Shown one piece after another: positions 63,120 to 64,000 of a stretch of DNA of 64,000 nt (position 1 is its first letter; each line of letters opens with the position of its first letter). The translations under genes were made by a program, and so were the position numbers. Origin of the DNA: a virus (lineage: Duplodnaviria; Caudoviricetes); IMG/VR virus record IMGVR_UViG_3300044633_001982. One strand, given 5' to 3'. The notes below the pieces were generated by a model. It had not been told where the DNA came from, did no database searches, and saw only the letters and a list, made by a program, of their open reading frames with translations.

Positions 63120-63626
63120 TTATCCTTTTAATTCTTCTTTTAATTGGTCACAAATTATAGAAAGAAAAGATTCTATTTCTCTTTCTAAACCCTCATATTT
63201 TTCAAACAAATTTTCACCATCATTAGATTCAAAATTACAAACTGAATATTCACCATCAGAAGTACAATAAATCTCACCATAATATTCATCACCACTAATT
63301 GTAAAATAACCTGAATGAATAATTTCATCTAAATTTTGTTCAGTTACCTCATACTTAAATGACATTGACGGAATTCCGGGAGATTCGTCAAATCTCCAAG
63401 TTTCACCACTTTTAACCAATTCTTTTGAAGTTGTTAATTCTTCATCGTCTAAAAACTCATTATTTAATGAATAGTGGTCAAGATATTTTTTTTCTTTATC
63501 GGTTAAAGATTTCATACCTGATGAATTAATTTTGTCAAGTATTGCGTCAATTTCTCCCATCCCCTCAGATAAAAATGTATCTATTATAAATTTTAATTGA
63601 GATTCTTTAAGTATTAATTTTCTCAT
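63120..63626 (-). CDS. leader-tagged (class A) acidic protein
   Basis: MRKLILKESQLKFIIDTFLSE; IDAILDKIN..GM.SLT..EK..L. Confidence 0.7.
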   Translation of the reverse strand: MRKLILKESQLKFIIDTFLSEGMGEIDAILDKINSSGMKSLTDKEKKYLDHYSLNNEFLDDEELTTSKELVKSGETWRFDESPGIPSMSFKYEVTEQNLDEIIHSGYFTISGDEYYGEIYCTSDGEYSVCNFESNDGENLFEKYEGLEREIESFLSIICDQLKEELKG

Positions 63627-64000
63627 TTTTTATTAACTATTTGAAACTTTAATGTTCTTTTATAAGTATCTATTTCACCTGAAGTTAATACTTTTATATC
63701 TACAAAATATTCGTTTGGTATTTTATCTCTAGTGTCGAAAATAAAATAAAATTCATTTGAAGTCCGATTAATTTGAGTCCAATCTTGTACTTGAACTTCT
63801 GTTTGTCCTTCTCTAACATAAATTCTATAATATGATTTTACTTTTTGTAACGTCTCATTATTTGAATAAGCCTTTTTAATAATCACACCTACTTTCCTTA
63901 CGTCAGTATTTAATATTTTTTCGTCTTGTTTAATTCCGTAAAAATCAAATCCATATAGTTTAGGGTCCTTACTTTGTATACCAATTTGAAAAGATTGTGA
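63623..64000 (-). CDS. C-terminal part of a larger protein (5' end outside window)
   Basis: Frame is open from 64000 through the GTG at 63886 to the stop at 63623. Confidence 0.7.
   Translation of the reverse strand, partial: SQSFQIGIQSKDPKLYGFDFYGIKQDEKILNTDVRKVGVIIKKAYSNNETLQKVKSYYRIYVREGQTEVQVQDWTQINRTSNEFYFIFDTRDKIPNEYFVDIKVLTSGEIDTYKRTLKFQIVNKK

Noticed and set aside
1-64000. Stop-codon reassignment as seen in some large phages
   Set aside because: Core genes (terL, portal, MCP, ClpC) are full length in code 11 and coding density is high.

Overview
A 64-kb AT-rich segment of a large T4-like tailed phage. The host is very likely Bacteroidota (Flavobacteria-like): many genes have TTTG-N19/20-TAnnTTTG promoters, SD motifs are not evident, bS21 is flavobacterial-type, and the tmRNA tag resumes at GGC. 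The right third holds the head module: TerL, portal, bS21 on the opposite strand, gp21-like prohead protease, gp22-like scaffold and gp23-like major capsid protein, followed by cell-wall hydrolases. The middle carries translation and proteostasis genes: tmRNA, tRNA-Arg(UCU), an aaRS catalytic-domain paralog behind an attenuator-like leader, an N-domain-less ClpC, an M20/M28 peptidase, an FKBP PPIase, PspC and an ART-like protein. The left half is a hypervariable array of short cassettes. The main signal is a family of about 25 unrelated proteins (lysins, zincin, DHH enzyme, membrane proteins, unknowns) that share a few short N-terminal leader types. Most leaders end in [ILV]-x-E, the same motif as the predicted capsid maturation site, and most of these genes follow a TATTTAT motif. 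I interpret this as a modular capsid-targeting and cargo-loading system. All family assignments come from motifs read by eye; no database search was run. Genetic code 11 fits; no CRISPR array or reverse transcriptase was seen.
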